Assembly: GCA_965205485.1 (NCBI GenBank)
Contig: OZ242180.1
Location: 4,256,001 to 4,320,000 of the forward strand
DNA from: Candidatus Latescibacterota bacterium
GTDB taxonomy: Bacteria > Latescibacterota > UBA2968 > GCA-2709665
DNA length: 64,000 nt
Direction of reading: 5' to 3'
Part shown: positions 17,278 through 27,091 of the stretch, piece by piece
Numbering within the stretch: the first letter of the stretch is position 1
Layout of the letters: every line of letters begins with the position of its first letter
Program-made: the position numbers and the translations under genes
The notes under the pieces: generated by a model
Told to the model about the DNA's origin: nothing
What the model saw: only the letters and a program-made list of their open reading frames with translations
Database searches by the model: none

Positions 17278-18846
17278 TCAGATTGCGGCCATCGCCATCC
17301 CCGGAGAGCCGGGATCGGCCCCTCCATCGAGGGTTCCCGTTGCCGGATCGAGAATGATGCCGTGCACCGACGCGATTCCGCCGTAGCCGTCCAGCAGGGA
17401 ATGGACCTCGTGGCCCATCGCCCTGACGCCCTCGCAGACGGACGGTGCGATTCTGGAGTGGGCGACAACCACGTCGCTCTGGCAATCGAACCTGGGGGCC
17501 GCGATCGCCTCGGTGGCCGACATTCCGTGGTCGATCACGTTCAGAATGGCGTGCAGAATCCCGGTCACAATCCGCGTACCCCCGGGCGCGCCAACAGTGA
17601 ATAAGGGCTGGTCACCCGTTTTCACCAGCGTCGGCGCCATACCCGTCGTTCTCGACTTGCCCGGCTCGATTGAATTCACCTGCCCGGGCATGGGGTTGAA
17701 ACAGTTCATACAGTTATTGTACATGAAGCCCAGTCCTGGCGTAATCACATCCGAACCCGATCCCAGCGAGTGGGTGAGCCCCACCACGTTACGCCACTGA
17801 TCCACAACGGAAATATGAGTGGTATTGGGCGGCTCCTGCGGGCGCCATCGCGGGATGGTGATTTCTTCCCTGGCATCGATGCGCCGGCGCCAGGCGGCGG
17901 CGCGTTCTTCGGACAGCAGATCCTCCACGGGAACGTCCACAAATGCGGGGTCTCCGATCAGGTTCGCCCGGTCCGTCCAGGCAGCCTTCATCGCCATCGC
18001 CACGGTATACACGTATTCCGCGGAAAGATGCACCATATTCGAAAGGTCGTAACCCTCGAGGATCTTGAGCATCTGCAGAATGGTCAACCCGCCGCCGGGG
18101 GGCTGGTTGGAGGCGACGGTATAGTCACGATACCGTGAATGCAGCGGCGAGGTTACCGCCACCTCGTACCGGTTCAGGTCTTCCAGCGTCACGAATCCCC
18201 CGCCCTTCTCCATGTCTTCAGCGATTGTTCCGGCCATGTCCCCGCGATAGAATACCTCTTTACCGCCCTCGGCCAGCACCGAAAACGTCCTGGCCATATC
18301 CGGGTTGGCAATCAGCTCGCCCCCGCTTTCGTGGGGCGACGCAGCTACCGTTGTCCAGGGTGTGGTCTCGGGAGTTGGAATCTGTTTCCAGGCGGCCGCC
18401 GCCGCGCGGGTCACCTCGTAACCGCCGGCTGCAACCGCGATGCCAGGCTGGAGAGTCGTTCGCCACGGCATGGACCCGTAGTCAGTCTGAGCCATGAAGA
18501 GTCCGGCCACCGTGCCGGGTGTCGTCACCGCGCCGTAGCCGCGATCGTTGACCTGACCCCTCAGCGAGTATCCGTAGCCCGTGGCATTCTCACGGAGAAT
18601 CTCATGCTCCCACATATCCGGCCGAACCCGTGCGCCCGCCTTCCCGTGAAAATCCAGAATCGTATCCGTTTCAGGCGTATGGATGTACATCATGCCGAAG
18701 CCGCCAACGCCGCAGCTGCGCGGCGTGGTCACCATCTGGACGAATGCCGCCGTTACAGCCGCGTCGACGGCATTCCCGCCATCGAGCAGTACCCTGACAC
18801 CGGCGTCTACCGCCAGCGGCTGAGGCGCCGAAACCATGCCCTTCAC
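17278..18846 (-). CDS. ggt: Gamma-glutamyltransferase family protein
   Basis: GGNAVDAAV, GVGGFG, catalytic Thr NTTHISVVD, GAPGGTRI, GGADP; GTG start after AAAGGAG. Confidence 0.92.
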   Translation of the reverse strand: MKGMVSAPQPLAVDAGVRVLLDGGNAVDAAVTAAFVQMVTTPRSCGVGGFGMMYIHTPETDTILDFHGKAGARVRPDMWEHEILRENATGYGYSLRGQVNDRGYGAVTTPGTVAGLFMAQTDYGSMPWRTTLQPGIAVAAGGYEVTRAAAAAWKQIPTPETTPWTTVAASPHESGGELIANPDMARTFSVLAEGGKEVFYRGDMAGTIAEDMEKGGGFVTLEDLNRYEVAVTSPLHSRYRDYTVASNQPPGGGLTILQMLKILEGYDLSNMVHLSAEYVYTVAMAMKAAWTDRANLIGDPAFVDVPVEDLLSEERAAAWRRRIDAREEITIPRWRPQEPPNTTHISVVDQWRNVVGLTHSLGSGSDVITPGLGFMYNNCMNCFNPMPGQVNSIEPGKSRTTGMAPTLVKTGDQPLFTVGAPGGTRIVTGILHAILNVIDHGMSATEAIAAPRFDCQSDVVVAHSRIAPSVCEGVRAMGHEVHSLLDGYGGIASVHGIILDPATGTLDGGADPGSPGMAMAAI

Positions 18847-19003
18847 GGGATCTCCTTTCAGTTGCGACGGCGAAGACTCACACTTGTGGGGAAGACCGCT
18901 GGAACGCGGCGATCGGCGGGTCCGCGCGTCCCGATGAACGTCCCCGCCGATCCGGTGCGGTGCGCAGAAGGAAACGTAGCGCTGGCATCGCATGCGGCGG
19001 GAT

Positions 19004-19032
19004 ATTATATTCCCGCGCCCCTTCAAAAGCAA
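19004..19032 (-). promoter_or_regulatory. Putative sigma70 promoter for ggt
   Basis: TTGCTT-17 bp-TATAAT on minus strand; the -10 lies inside the inverted repeat GCGGGA-N8-TCCCGC. Confidence 0.55.
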
Positions 19033-19065
19033 GTGCAAACCCGCCACAACGACGGAGGCAACCCG

Positions 19066-19884
19066 ATGGAAATCTCACTCGCGGGATGGAGTCTTCACCG
19101 GCGGTTCAGGGATTCCGAGAACCCCTTGCGACTTCTTGACTTTCCCGCTCTCGCCGTTGAAGAATTCGACATTCGTGTGCTGGAACTCAACAGCCCCTTC
19201 TTCGTATACGCCGATTCGGACAACCCCGCCAGGAGCCGCCTGGCCGCCGGGTATCTCGTCGAACTGCGCCAACGCGCCCGGGATGCGGGCGTGCGCCTGC
19301 TGAACGTCGCCGTGGACGGCCACGGCGACCTTGCCTCGCCGAACGAAAGGGATCGAAAACAGGCCGTTGACAACCACAAGAAGTGGATCGATGCCTGTCT
19401 GGCGTTGGGCTGCGACGCATTTCGGGCCAACAGCGGCCCCGCCTGGGGCGAACCGGTTACCGAAACCCATATCGGACAATGCATCGAGAGCTTTGGCGAA
19501 CTCGCGGAACTTTGCGCGGGGGCGGACATCCGGTTGATGATGGAGAATCACGGGGGCGTTTCGGTATCGGCGGACAACATCCTGCGTGTCATGGAAGCCG
19601 TAGGAAGCGACTATTGCAGGGTCCTCGCCGACTTCCTCAACTGGCCGCCGGAAGACGACAAGCTCGATAACCTGCAGCGGGTCGCCCCGTACGCCTGGGC
19701 GACTCACGCGAAATTTCTCAGTTTCGCCGACGACGGTGAGTCGCGGGAAATCGACTGCGCCGGCGCCATCGGCATCCTGAAGGACGCGGGCTACGATAAC
19801 CCGTTCGGTATCGAGTACGAGGGCAAGACCAACGACCGCGAGGGCGTGCTGAAGAGCAAAGCGCTCCTTGAAAGACACGCCTGA
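19066..19884 (+). CDS. Sugar phosphate isomerase/epimerase (xylose isomerase-like TIM barrel)
   Basis: MENHGG, LADFLNW, THAK, GIEYEG; ATG after GGAGG. Confidence 0.88.
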   Translation: MEISLAGWSLHRRFRDSENPLRLLDFPALAVEEFDIRVLELNSPFFVYADSDNPARSRLAAGYLVELRQRARDAGVRLLNVAVDGHGDLASPNERDRKQAVDNHKKWIDACLALGCDAFRANSGPAWGEPVTETHIGQCIESFGELAELCAGADIRLMMENHGGVSVSADNILRVMEAVGSDYCRVLADFLNWPPEDDKLDNLQRVAPYAWATHAKFLSFADDGESREIDCAGAIGILKDAGYDNPFGIEYEGKTNDREGVLKSKALLERHA

Positions 19885-19924
19885 GCGTTCGATCAACGGA
19901 CTGATGGGCGACGTATCCCGGAGC

Positions 19925-20383
19925 CTACGCTCCTGCGACGGGAAACTGGATTTCGGTCACGAAGTCCTTCGGATCTCCACCGGGCGTGAAATGCAGGTAG
20001 ACCTCCCTGCCGGGCCCTGTAATCCGGTAGCCGTTTTCCCGGATCCATTGTCGTACGGCTTCGTACGCGTTTCGGAACCCGTCGAACGGGCCGTGGTGAA
20101 CCAGGCACGCCATTTCTTCTCCCGGCAACTCCCGTACCGTGACGCGATCACCGTCCGGCATTGGACGATCAATCGGCAGCGCCGCCTCCGCGTCCAGAGG
20201 ACCGTGCCAGATTGTAATCCCCGGTCCCCGGATGTTCCCGTTTTCTTCTCCGATATGCGTGGCGACCTCATTGTACATTCGGTTCATCGCCGAACCGATG
20301 GCGCCGTAGCCCCGAATAGATTCCCGCCGGGAAGCAACCAGGATAGGCTCGACGGACTTGATCTCGACTTCACAGACAGCCAC
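19925..20383 (-). CDS. GyrI-like small-molecule-binding protein
   Basis: ACLVHHGPFD..AYEAVRQWIRENGY..REVYL..TEIQFPV; GTG start after GGAGG. Confidence 0.85.
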   Translation of the reverse strand: MAVCEVEIKSVEPILVASRRESIRGYGAIGSAMNRMYNEVATHIGEENGNIRGPGITIWHGPLDAEAALPIDRPMPDGDRVTVRELPGEEMACLVHHGPFDGFRNAYEAVRQWIRENGYRITGPGREVYLHFTPGGDPKDFVTEIQFPVAGA

Positions 20384-20486
20384 GTCATCCTCCAGGGTCT
20401 GTCGGGGCAAACATGATCGATGCACAACATAGCACCGTAAATGGAGTTACGCATTCACATCGGGACTCTCTACGGCACAACCGGAA

Positions 20487-22034
20487 TCACCCGGGCGCCG
20501 TGAACTGAAACGCATACAACTTGCAGTCGCGCATGACGAAACGTATCCTGACCGGCCTTCCGGACAGTTCGCCAACGTCCGTCCGGTCGCCCCAGCGCAC
20601 AGGCATCCGGACGGAGTTGCCGCAGAGCCAGGACGCGTCCGCTTCGGCGTAATTCCCGATCGGCCGACCGAGATCGTCCTGCAGTTCCACTTTCACCGAA
20701 CCTCCCCCCCCGGTATCCAGATTCAACTCCAGTTGCGTGCCCTCAAATCGAATCGCGGGCGTGATAAGCTCGCCGCCTCCGTAGCCCGCATCCGCCGATA
20801 CGAAGCCGTCCAGCCGCATCACGGCGCGGCCGATTCCGCTCAGATGCCTCCCTGCAGCCGGGTCGACCACGCCGTCGTGATCCCGGTTCGTGCCGCTGTA
20901 ATAGATCCACAACTCGTCGCCCATCGGTACGGGATGCGGCATCGCCCAGACCATGCGGGAAGAGAAGCTCCCCTCCCTGCCGGGCTTGAGGAACGCCTGG
21001 CGCCCGCCGCATCGCCGAAAGTCGATGCCGTCGCGGCTGACGGATAACCGGGCGTCGAAACGACTGGGGCCGTAGATTCTCTGGGTTTCTTCCCTCGCAA
21101 CGCCCATATCGTCCCGCACAACGGTGACAATCGGCTCGCGGTCGAACCAGTACCAGTTTGCATTGGCCAGCATGATATAGACACCATCGGGGTCCGGATA
21201 TTTGAATACCAGAGCGCCGTAATAGTCCACCGGTACCCGTCCGTAAGGTTTCTCCGGTCCTTCGGGGCAAAGGGGAGAAGGCGTCTCATAGGAATCCATA
21301 TCCGCGTCGTCGGGCCGCATGACGATTCGCTGATTGCCCCACTCCTTCAGGTCCTCGGACTCCAGCCGGCGCACCGTCCGGTAATTGAGATTGCCACCGG
21401 CGGTGCCATGGCGCTTCGCGAACCAGTGCCGGGTATACATCGCGTAGCGCCTGACCGGCGGGTCCCAGAACACGACGGTCTGCGTATCCCAACCGCCCCG
21501 GCTGAGCCGGACGTCCCGCGCCAGCTTCCAGTGAATCCCGTCAGGCGATCCGTGCATGTGCAGATGGCCCCATACCTCGGGCGGCGAATACACCTTTGCC
21601 TGGTTCCGGTAGCGGGAGTCAGGTAACGCGTGAGGATCGATCCAGACGGAACTTCCCCCGATTTTACCCGGTATGACAACGTTGTTCTCCGTTGTGCCGC
21701 CGGAATCAAACAGATTCAGGACCGGTTTGTTAAAATGGATGCCGTCGGCAGACTCGGCGTAGGCGACGTGGGCTTCGTCGCGGCCGGACCGGTAGTCGCC
21801 GATGCGAACGTGATACCATGCGCGGACCCTTTCGTCGACGTCTTTGAGAACGCTGCTGTAAATCCCGTAACTCGTCCCGGGCCGCTGCTCCCAGACTGCG
21901 TCCGGCTTCAGTACCGGATCGTCCGCCTGATAGGGAGGATTCATGACAAATGTGACACCCGCGCTGGATTCGACGAACTTCGAATCCACGAACAGTTGCT
22001 TTCCGGATCCCACGTCGATGACTTGATTCGGCAT
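20487..22034 (-). CDS. Beta-propeller glycosidase-like protein (GH32/43/sialidase-like)
   Basis: Repeated Asp-box-like motifs SADGIHF, SPDGIHW, SEDLKEW, SRDGIDF; WDTQ; RLDGFVS C-terminal domain; no signal peptide. Confidence 0.6.
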   Translation of the reverse strand: MPNQVIDVGSGKQLFVDSKFVESSAGVTFVMNPPYQADDPVLKPDAVWEQRPGTSYGIYSSVLKDVDERVRAWYHVRIGDYRSGRDEAHVAYAESADGIHFNKPVLNLFDSGGTTENNVVIPGKIGGSSVWIDPHALPDSRYRNQAKVYSPPEVWGHLHMHGSPDGIHWKLARDVRLSRGGWDTQTVVFWDPPVRRYAMYTRHWFAKRHGTAGGNLNYRTVRRLESEDLKEWGNQRIVMRPDDADMDSYETPSPLCPEGPEKPYGRVPVDYYGALVFKYPDPDGVYIMLANANWYWFDREPIVTVVRDDMGVAREETQRIYGPSRFDARLSVSRDGIDFRRCGGRQAFLKPGREGSFSSRMVWAMPHPVPMGDELWIYYSGTNRDHDGVVDPAAGRHLSGIGRAVMRLDGFVSADAGYGGGELITPAIRFEGTQLELNLDTGGGGSVKVELQDDLGRPIGNYAEADASWLCGNSVRMPVRWGDRTDVGELSGRPVRIRFVMRDCKLYAFQFTAPG

Positions 22035-22087
22035 CGCTCAGACTCCCCTGATTACGGCCGACGGCGAAAGCCATCGGTCAAGAGCGG

Positions 22088-23911
22088 TTACTGGCTCGGC
22101 GGTAGACCGGCATTCCGGTTCCATTCGCGGACCTCTCGCCACAGTCTTTCCGCGTCGACGTTAAAGCCGTTTTCGTTCAGACGAATGTATGTACAACCCT
22201 CATAGAAGTTGTAGACGTCGAATCCGTCGGCGGCGATACGACGGATATTCCGCAGTTCCATATCCACGAATTCCTCCGCGCGCATGCCCTCGAATCTCGG
22301 ATTGGGCGTGTAGGCCATTCGCAGTCCAAGCTCATTGCAGAAATGCAGCGCCTTTCGATAGAAACGGTCGATTGCCGCCTGTTGCCCGGCCGAGAGGTTT
22401 CTCGCCTGAAACCGTTTGAAATTCACGACGTCCACCCAGCCTTCCGCCAGCCATCTCCGCCAGTTCCAGTAAATCTGATCCAGGCTTTGCTGCCGGGGCT
22501 CCCGATCCATGCTCGGATACGCCGTGAGGTGGATCCATGATTCCCTGCCGTGCAACCGGATCAGTTCAGATGCGGCCTTCAGGAACAGATCGAAATACTC
22601 CCCTCGCAATTCCCGCCAGGCGCCCCGATCGAACGATTCGCGCGTAATGTCCACCCCATATCGATCGCGAAACGCTTCGACAACGGGTTTCCCGAATCCG
22701 TAATTCTCGAAATCCATATTCTGCGTATGACTTTCGACACGGATGTCAACCCCGTCGCATCCCGCGTCGATTTCATACTGAACGATGTCGAGCAGCCACT
22801 GTCTGACATCCGGATACCCGAGTTCGACTGTTGAAGTCAGAAACCGGTTTCTTCCCCGTGCGATTCCTATGAACGGTACCTTGTCCACGTTCAGCCTGTA
22901 CCTTCCCGCGGAGTGTTGCCAGTCGTGTCCACCGGGATGGTTTTCGAACGGAATGAGCCAGTTGGCGTCAAACCCGATTCCGGACTCCTCAAACGTTCCG
23001 AGAGGCCTCGAGTAGTCGGACCTGGGAGAAAATCCCGGGGTGAAGACGACGGGCGCACCCGCAACGTCCTCGACCTCCAGGAGTGCCGTCAGTGTGTTCG
23101 TCACGCCGACGGGGCCGGAGAAACGGAGACAGAAAAACGGCTGAGATATTTCCAGTCCGGAAATTTCGATACAGACGAATTCCCCTTCGTCGGCAAAACG
23201 CTTTTCGGGCGCGGGCGCAAATACAGGCGGCCTTCTTCTGCGCACGGAAACGCCGACACGGCTGCCGCCCCGATAGGGCGTGTATCGCGCATTCGTCTCG
23301 CTGACAAACAACTCGATGTCAGGAACCCCCTGCAGGCGCTTTGCTTCGTGCCAGAGGCGAACGGTCCGCACGGGTTTCCGAACACCATCCGCTTCCAATA
23401 AGGAAGGGTGAATCTCCACGCGGCGGTCGGGATGTTCGCGGAGCCACCGGAACGCCATCTGGCCCGAGCCGCCTATCTGGGGTATTCCCGGTAACACGTC
23501 AGGCGCCGTTCCAATAGGATAAAACCGTCCCGGTCCAAAGCTGGCCATGTCGTTTATCTTGTGCACCGCGTAGACTTTCAACCCGATGCGATGGGCCTCT
23601 TCGCACACCAACGCGAGTGGATCCGGAACGGCTTCCACGAACGTACGGGCCCCGCCCATCAGATCGGTGGAGGAACCCCTGTCCCACTTGCCCATCTCCC
23701 GGTCCCCCATCTCAACCCAATGAATGCCCTTCATACCCAGATCGGCCACAAGGCGGATGTATTCCCGCAACCGTTCAGGGGTCCATGGGACCGACGTCGC
23801 CGTGAAATCGTCCCTGAAATCCAGGGTCATATGGAATTCCATTGTGCGGCCTCTCAATGTCCCGGCCAATTCCTCAATGCGATCTCGCGTGAGGACCTCC
23901 CGCCTTGACAT
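22088..23911 (-). CDS. Hypothetical TIM-barrel glycoside-hydrolase-like protein
   Basis: 607-aa ORF with EEAHRIGLKVYA, YPDVRQWLL..GCDGVDI, YGFGKPVVEAFRDRYGVD, NWRRWLAEGWVD, resembling GHL10-like families. Confidence 0.5.
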   Translation of the reverse strand: MSRREVLTRDRIEELAGTLRGRTMEFHMTLDFRDDFTATSVPWTPERLREYIRLVADLGMKGIHWVEMGDREMGKWDRGSSTDLMGGARTFVEAVPDPLALVCEEAHRIGLKVYAVHKINDMASFGPGRFYPIGTAPDVLPGIPQIGGSGQMAFRWLREHPDRRVEIHPSLLEADGVRKPVRTVRLWHEAKRLQGVPDIELFVSETNARYTPYRGGSRVGVSVRRRRPPVFAPAPEKRFADEGEFVCIEISGLEISQPFFCLRFSGPVGVTNTLTALLEVEDVAGAPVVFTPGFSPRSDYSRPLGTFEESGIGFDANWLIPFENHPGGHDWQHSAGRYRLNVDKVPFIGIARGRNRFLTSTVELGYPDVRQWLLDIVQYEIDAGCDGVDIRVESHTQNMDFENYGFGKPVVEAFRDRYGVDITRESFDRGAWRELRGEYFDLFLKAASELIRLHGRESWIHLTAYPSMDREPRQQSLDQIYWNWRRWLAEGWVDVVNFKRFQARNLSAGQQAAIDRFYRKALHFCNELGLRMAYTPNPRFEGMRAEEFVDMELRNIRRIAADGFDVYNFYEGCTYIRLNENGFNVDAERLWREVREWNRNAGLPPSQ

Positions 23912-23947
23912 TGGCGCTGAGAGGTCCTATCTTGTACCTGCCGTTCA

Positions 23948-24031
23948 GAAGCTGTTATAAATTTCCCAGCGGTCTTCGCGCGGCTGCAAAAGCGCCGGTC
24001 GGGAACTCACCGGTAATTTTATTACAGCTTC
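23948..24031 (-). mobile_element. MITE-like element, copy 3 (84 bp internal-deletion derivative)
   Basis: Retains both ends GAAGCTGTTATAAATT / AATTTTATTACAGCTTC; flanked by TCA direct repeat (23945-47, 24032-34); arms joined at TCGG. Confidence 0.85.
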
Positions 24032-24072
24032 TCAGGTTTCTGTTTCAGACCCGGAAAGAGGGAAACGTCCCG

Positions 24073-24450
24073 ATGCCGCTGACCATCAACAAGACCATCC
24101 GGCCGAATGCGATCTGGCAGGAGATGTATCTGCGGGTACGCGAGGGCCAGCGCCTCGTCATTTCCGCCGAAGGCATCTGGTCGCCCGAGATGCGTCCTGC
24201 AACCATCACATGGTGCGGCGCGAACGGAATCGAAGGCCTCCTGGCCGGAGACGACTACCTGCTGCCCGGCACCAACGTGGGCGCCCTGATCTGCCAGGTC
24301 GGTGCAGAGAATCCGCCCATGGCGGCAGGGGTCTATTTCGACCTTTTCTCACCATACGAAGGACCGCTGTTTATGGCAATGAACGAAAACCCCGAATACC
24401 TGAACCAGGCCGGCTCGATTCAGGCCCAGATCATTCTGTTCGAGCGGTGA
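24073..24450 (+). CDS. LecA/PA-IL-like lectin-fold protein
   Basis: 125 aa; GQRLVISAEG, CGANG, GALICQVG, GPLFMAMNENPEYLNQAGS align by eye with PA-IL [43 protein letters not shown]. Confidence 0.65.
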   Translation: MPLTINKTIRPNAIWQEMYLRVREGQRLVISAEGIWSPEMRPATITWCGANGIEGLLAGDDYLLPGTNVGALICQVGAENPPMAAGVYFDLFSPYEGPLFMAMNENPEYLNQAGSIQAQIILFER

Positions 24451-25238
24451 TTCTCGCAAACGTCGTCCGCGTACTCATCCGGGAATACGGCCTCTCCTTC
24501 GTCTTCGTGTTCGTCACGCTCGGTATCTGGGAACTGCTGGTCTATGCGTGGGACGTCGCGGACTATATCCTCCCGGCGCCTTCGCGTATCTTCGGCAAAC
24601 TGATCTCCGCGCGATACACGCTTCTTTCTCACGCCTGGGTGACCCTGCAGGAAGCGCTCTGGGGTTTTCTTCTCGGCGCCGGGACGGGCGTGGCAGGCGC
24701 CATTGTCATGGCACGCTCTCCCATCATCGAGCGCATGCTGTACCCCATCGTCATTTCGTCCCAGACCTTTCCGAAAGAAGCGCTCGCCCCGCTGTTTATC
24801 GTCTGGTTCGGCCTCGGGCTCTTCCCCAAGGTGGTCATCGCCGCGCTCATTTCTTTCTTCCCGGTCATTATCAACACGACGCGCGGCCTCCTGGCCGTGG
24901 ACCCGCTCATTCTGGATCTGATGCATGCGCTTTCCGCCGGTCGCCGCCAGATACTGATCAAAGTCCGCCTGCCGCACGCCATTCCCTATCTTTTCGCCGC
25001 CTTGAAAATCTGTGTCACCCTGAGCGTGATCGGTGCGGTTGTTGGAGAATTCGTTGGCGCAAGCGCCGGCCTGGGGCACCTGACGCGGCTGGCCAACTCC
25101 GAGCTGGCTACGGATCTCATGTTCGCCGCGCTGATTGTGCTTGGCGCGATGGGTACGCTCCTCTTCCTGATTGTGGAAGGCCTGGAAAAACTCCTGCTCA
25201 AACGCTGGGGCGATTTCCACGAACCGCTCAGGCGTTAA
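24447..25238 (+). CDS. NitT/TauT-family ABC transporter permease
   Basis: ILPAPSRI, LAPLFIVWFGLG, FFPVIINT, KVRLPHAIPY, GAVVGEF; GTGA overlap with upstream gene. Confidence 0.93.
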   Translation: MILANVVRVLIREYGLSFVFVFVTLGIWELLVYAWDVADYILPAPSRIFGKLISARYTLLSHAWVTLQEALWGFLLGAGTGVAGAIVMARSPIIERMLYPIVISSQTFPKEALAPLFIVWFGLGLFPKVVIAALISFFPVIINTTRGLLAVDPLILDLMHALSAGRRQILIKVRLPHAIPYLFAALKICVTLSVIGAVVGEFVGASAGLGHLTRLANSELATDLMFAALIVLGAMGTLLFLIVEGLEKLLLKRWGDFHEPLRR

Positions 25239-25272
25239 CCATCAATCCGGAACCGTCCAATGGGGGAATCCA

Positions 25273-26244
25273 ATGAACCGTCTGTCCTGGCTCTTTCTTA
25301 TTTTTCTGGTTGCCTGCGGCGAACCGCCCGAGACGTCAAATCGCATCCAGTTGCTTCTGGACTGGAAAGCGCAGATGGAGCACGCCGGCTTCTTCACGGC
25401 GAAGGCGAACGGATTTTACAGTGCCGAGGGGATATCGGTTGAGATTCTCGAAGGTACCGGTGCGCCTACAACAGCCCGTCTCGTCGGCAGCGGCAAATAT
25501 CAACTCGGGGTTTCCAGCGGATCGGCCACCCTGATCGCGCGCACAAGGGACATTCCCGTGGTCTCCCTCGCCGTGATTAACCAGCATTCGCCGGTTGTGG
25601 TGTATGCGTTGGAAGAGAATAACATCCGAAAACCGGAGGATTTGATCGGCAAACGGGTCGGCGTGAATATCGGAGGAACCAAGCACCGGGAATTTCAGGC
25701 CTTTCTAAAGAAGGTGGGGATCGACGAAGAACGCGTACGGGTGATGGGAATGACGGAATCCAGTCCCGCACCCCTCCTTGCCGGCAAGGTCGACGCCATG
25801 CTGGGTTATACCGAAGACCAGCCGGTAACCGTCGAACTCCGCGGGCGAGCGGTGACCCGAATCTCATTTGCCCAATACGGCATCGACCTCTACAGCACCA
25901 ACATCATCGTCAATGCCGACTATCTGAAGAAGAACCCGGACGTCGTGCGAAGATTCGTCCACGCCAGCATGAAGGGCTGGCGCTACGCCGTCGATAACCC
26001 CGAAGACGCGGTGGCGGCGTACATGGCCGAACGCCCGGAGAGCGACGCCGAGTTCAACCGGGCGAATTTCGCAAGGCTCATCCCCATTCTGATGAGCCCG
26101 GACGTGGAACGCCTGGGGCTGGGGGCACAGACCGTGGAGCGGTGGTCACACACGCAGAATATCCTGTTCGATCTGGGTCTGATCGACCGCAGGATCGACG
26201 TGTCCGGGCTATTCGTTTCCGATCTGCTTCCGACGGCTCCCTGA
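25273..26244 (+). CDS. NMT1/THI5-like ABC substrate-binding lipoprotein
   Basis: Lipobox LVAC; LLDWKAQMEHAGFFTAKANGFY, PEDLIGKRVG, ASMKGWRYA. Confidence 0.9.
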   Translation: MNRLSWLFLIFLVACGEPPETSNRIQLLLDWKAQMEHAGFFTAKANGFYSAEGISVEILEGTGAPTTARLVGSGKYQLGVSSGSATLIARTRDIPVVSLAVINQHSPVVVYALEENNIRKPEDLIGKRVGVNIGGTKHREFQAFLKKVGIDEERVRVMGMTESSPAPLLAGKVDAMLGYTEDQPVTVELRGRAVTRISFAQYGIDLYSTNIIVNADYLKKNPDVVRRFVHASMKGWRYAVDNPEDAVAAYMAERPESDAEFNRANFARLIPILMSPDVERLGLGAQTVERWSHTQNILFDLGLIDRRIDVSGLFVSDLLPTAP

Positions 26245-26317
26245 TCGCGCCGATGAGAGTTTCCTGTCGGCGCCATGTCCCTTCAGGCCGGGCGCACGAC
26301 AGGACGCGGTATCCGTG

Positions 26318-27076
26318 CTATCCCGCCATCAGGGTTCTCAGGTGCGCAACCATCTCGACAAAACGTGGCTGAGAAAGCAATCCGACGTCTCTGGGTCTTG
26401 GAAAATCCACCGCCACGTCTCCCACCAGCCTGCCGGGGCGCGGCGACATCACCACCACCCGGTCCGAAAGCAGAACGGCCTCCGGGATGCTGTGCGTAAT
26501 AAACAGCACCGCCGTCTGTGCATCCCTCCATATTCGCAGCAGCTCCAGCTGCATGCGCTCTCGAGTCATTTCGTCCAGCGCGCCGAACGGTTCGTCCATC
26601 AGCAAGAGGTCGGGGCGGTACGTCAGCGCCCTGGCGATGGCCACTCGCGACTGCATACCCCCCGACAGCTGCCTTGGATATGCGGACTCGAAGCCCTCGA
26701 GTCCCACGGTTCGAACCATTTCACGAGCCCTGGCCGCCACGCTGGAATCGTTGAATACCTCTCCGGGAAGCCCGACGTTCTCTTCCACCGTCCGCCAGCC
26801 CAGCAGCGCGGGACTCTGAAAGACCACGCCTATTTCCCGGGCCTTCCTGGCTTCCGCGGGCAACTTTCCGTTCACGCGAACGGTCCCGGACGTGGGCGTC
26901 TCCAGGTCACCGACGATACGCATCAGGCTTGTCTTTCCACAGCCGGACGGTCCGACGACGCTCACGAAAACGCCCTGAGGAACCTGGATATTTACGTCCC
27001 TCAAGGCCTCCACCCGACCGGTGTCGCTATCGAACACCTTGCTCACTCCGCACACGTCGATGGCCAGACTCTTCAT
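26318..27076 (-). CDS. NitT/TauT-family ABC transporter ATP-binding protein
   Basis: GPSGCGKT, YPRQLSGGMQSR, LMDEPFGALD, ITHSIPEAV, SPRPG. Confidence 0.95.
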   Translation of the reverse strand: MKSLAIDVCGVSKVFDSDTGRVEALRDVNIQVPQGVFVSVVGPSGCGKTSLMRIVGDLETPTSGTVRVNGKLPAEARKAREIGVVFQSPALLGWRTVEENVGLPGEVFNDSSVAARAREMVRTVGLEGFESAYPRQLSGGMQSRVAIARALTYRPDLLLMDEPFGALDEMTRERMQLELLRIWRDAQTAVLFITHSIPEAVLLSDRVVVMSPRPGRLVGDVAVDFPRPRDVGLLSQPRFVEMVAHLRTLMAG

Positions 27077-27091
27077 CGCGCATCCTGTTAA

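Noticed and set aside
18889..18903. GAAGACCGCTGG 12-mer matching the MITE arm
   Set aside because: No further similarity, TIR or TSD; consistent with chance.
18139..19065. 309-aa N-terminal extension of the epimerase ORF (apparent fusion)
   Set aside because: Antisense to ggt; the true start is ATG 19066 with a GGAGG RBS.
380..24031. Possible CRISPR array or tRNA/rRNA identity of the repeats
   Set aside because: Copies are kilobases apart, not repeat-spacer arrays; no cas genes and no cloverleaf or rRNA signatures.
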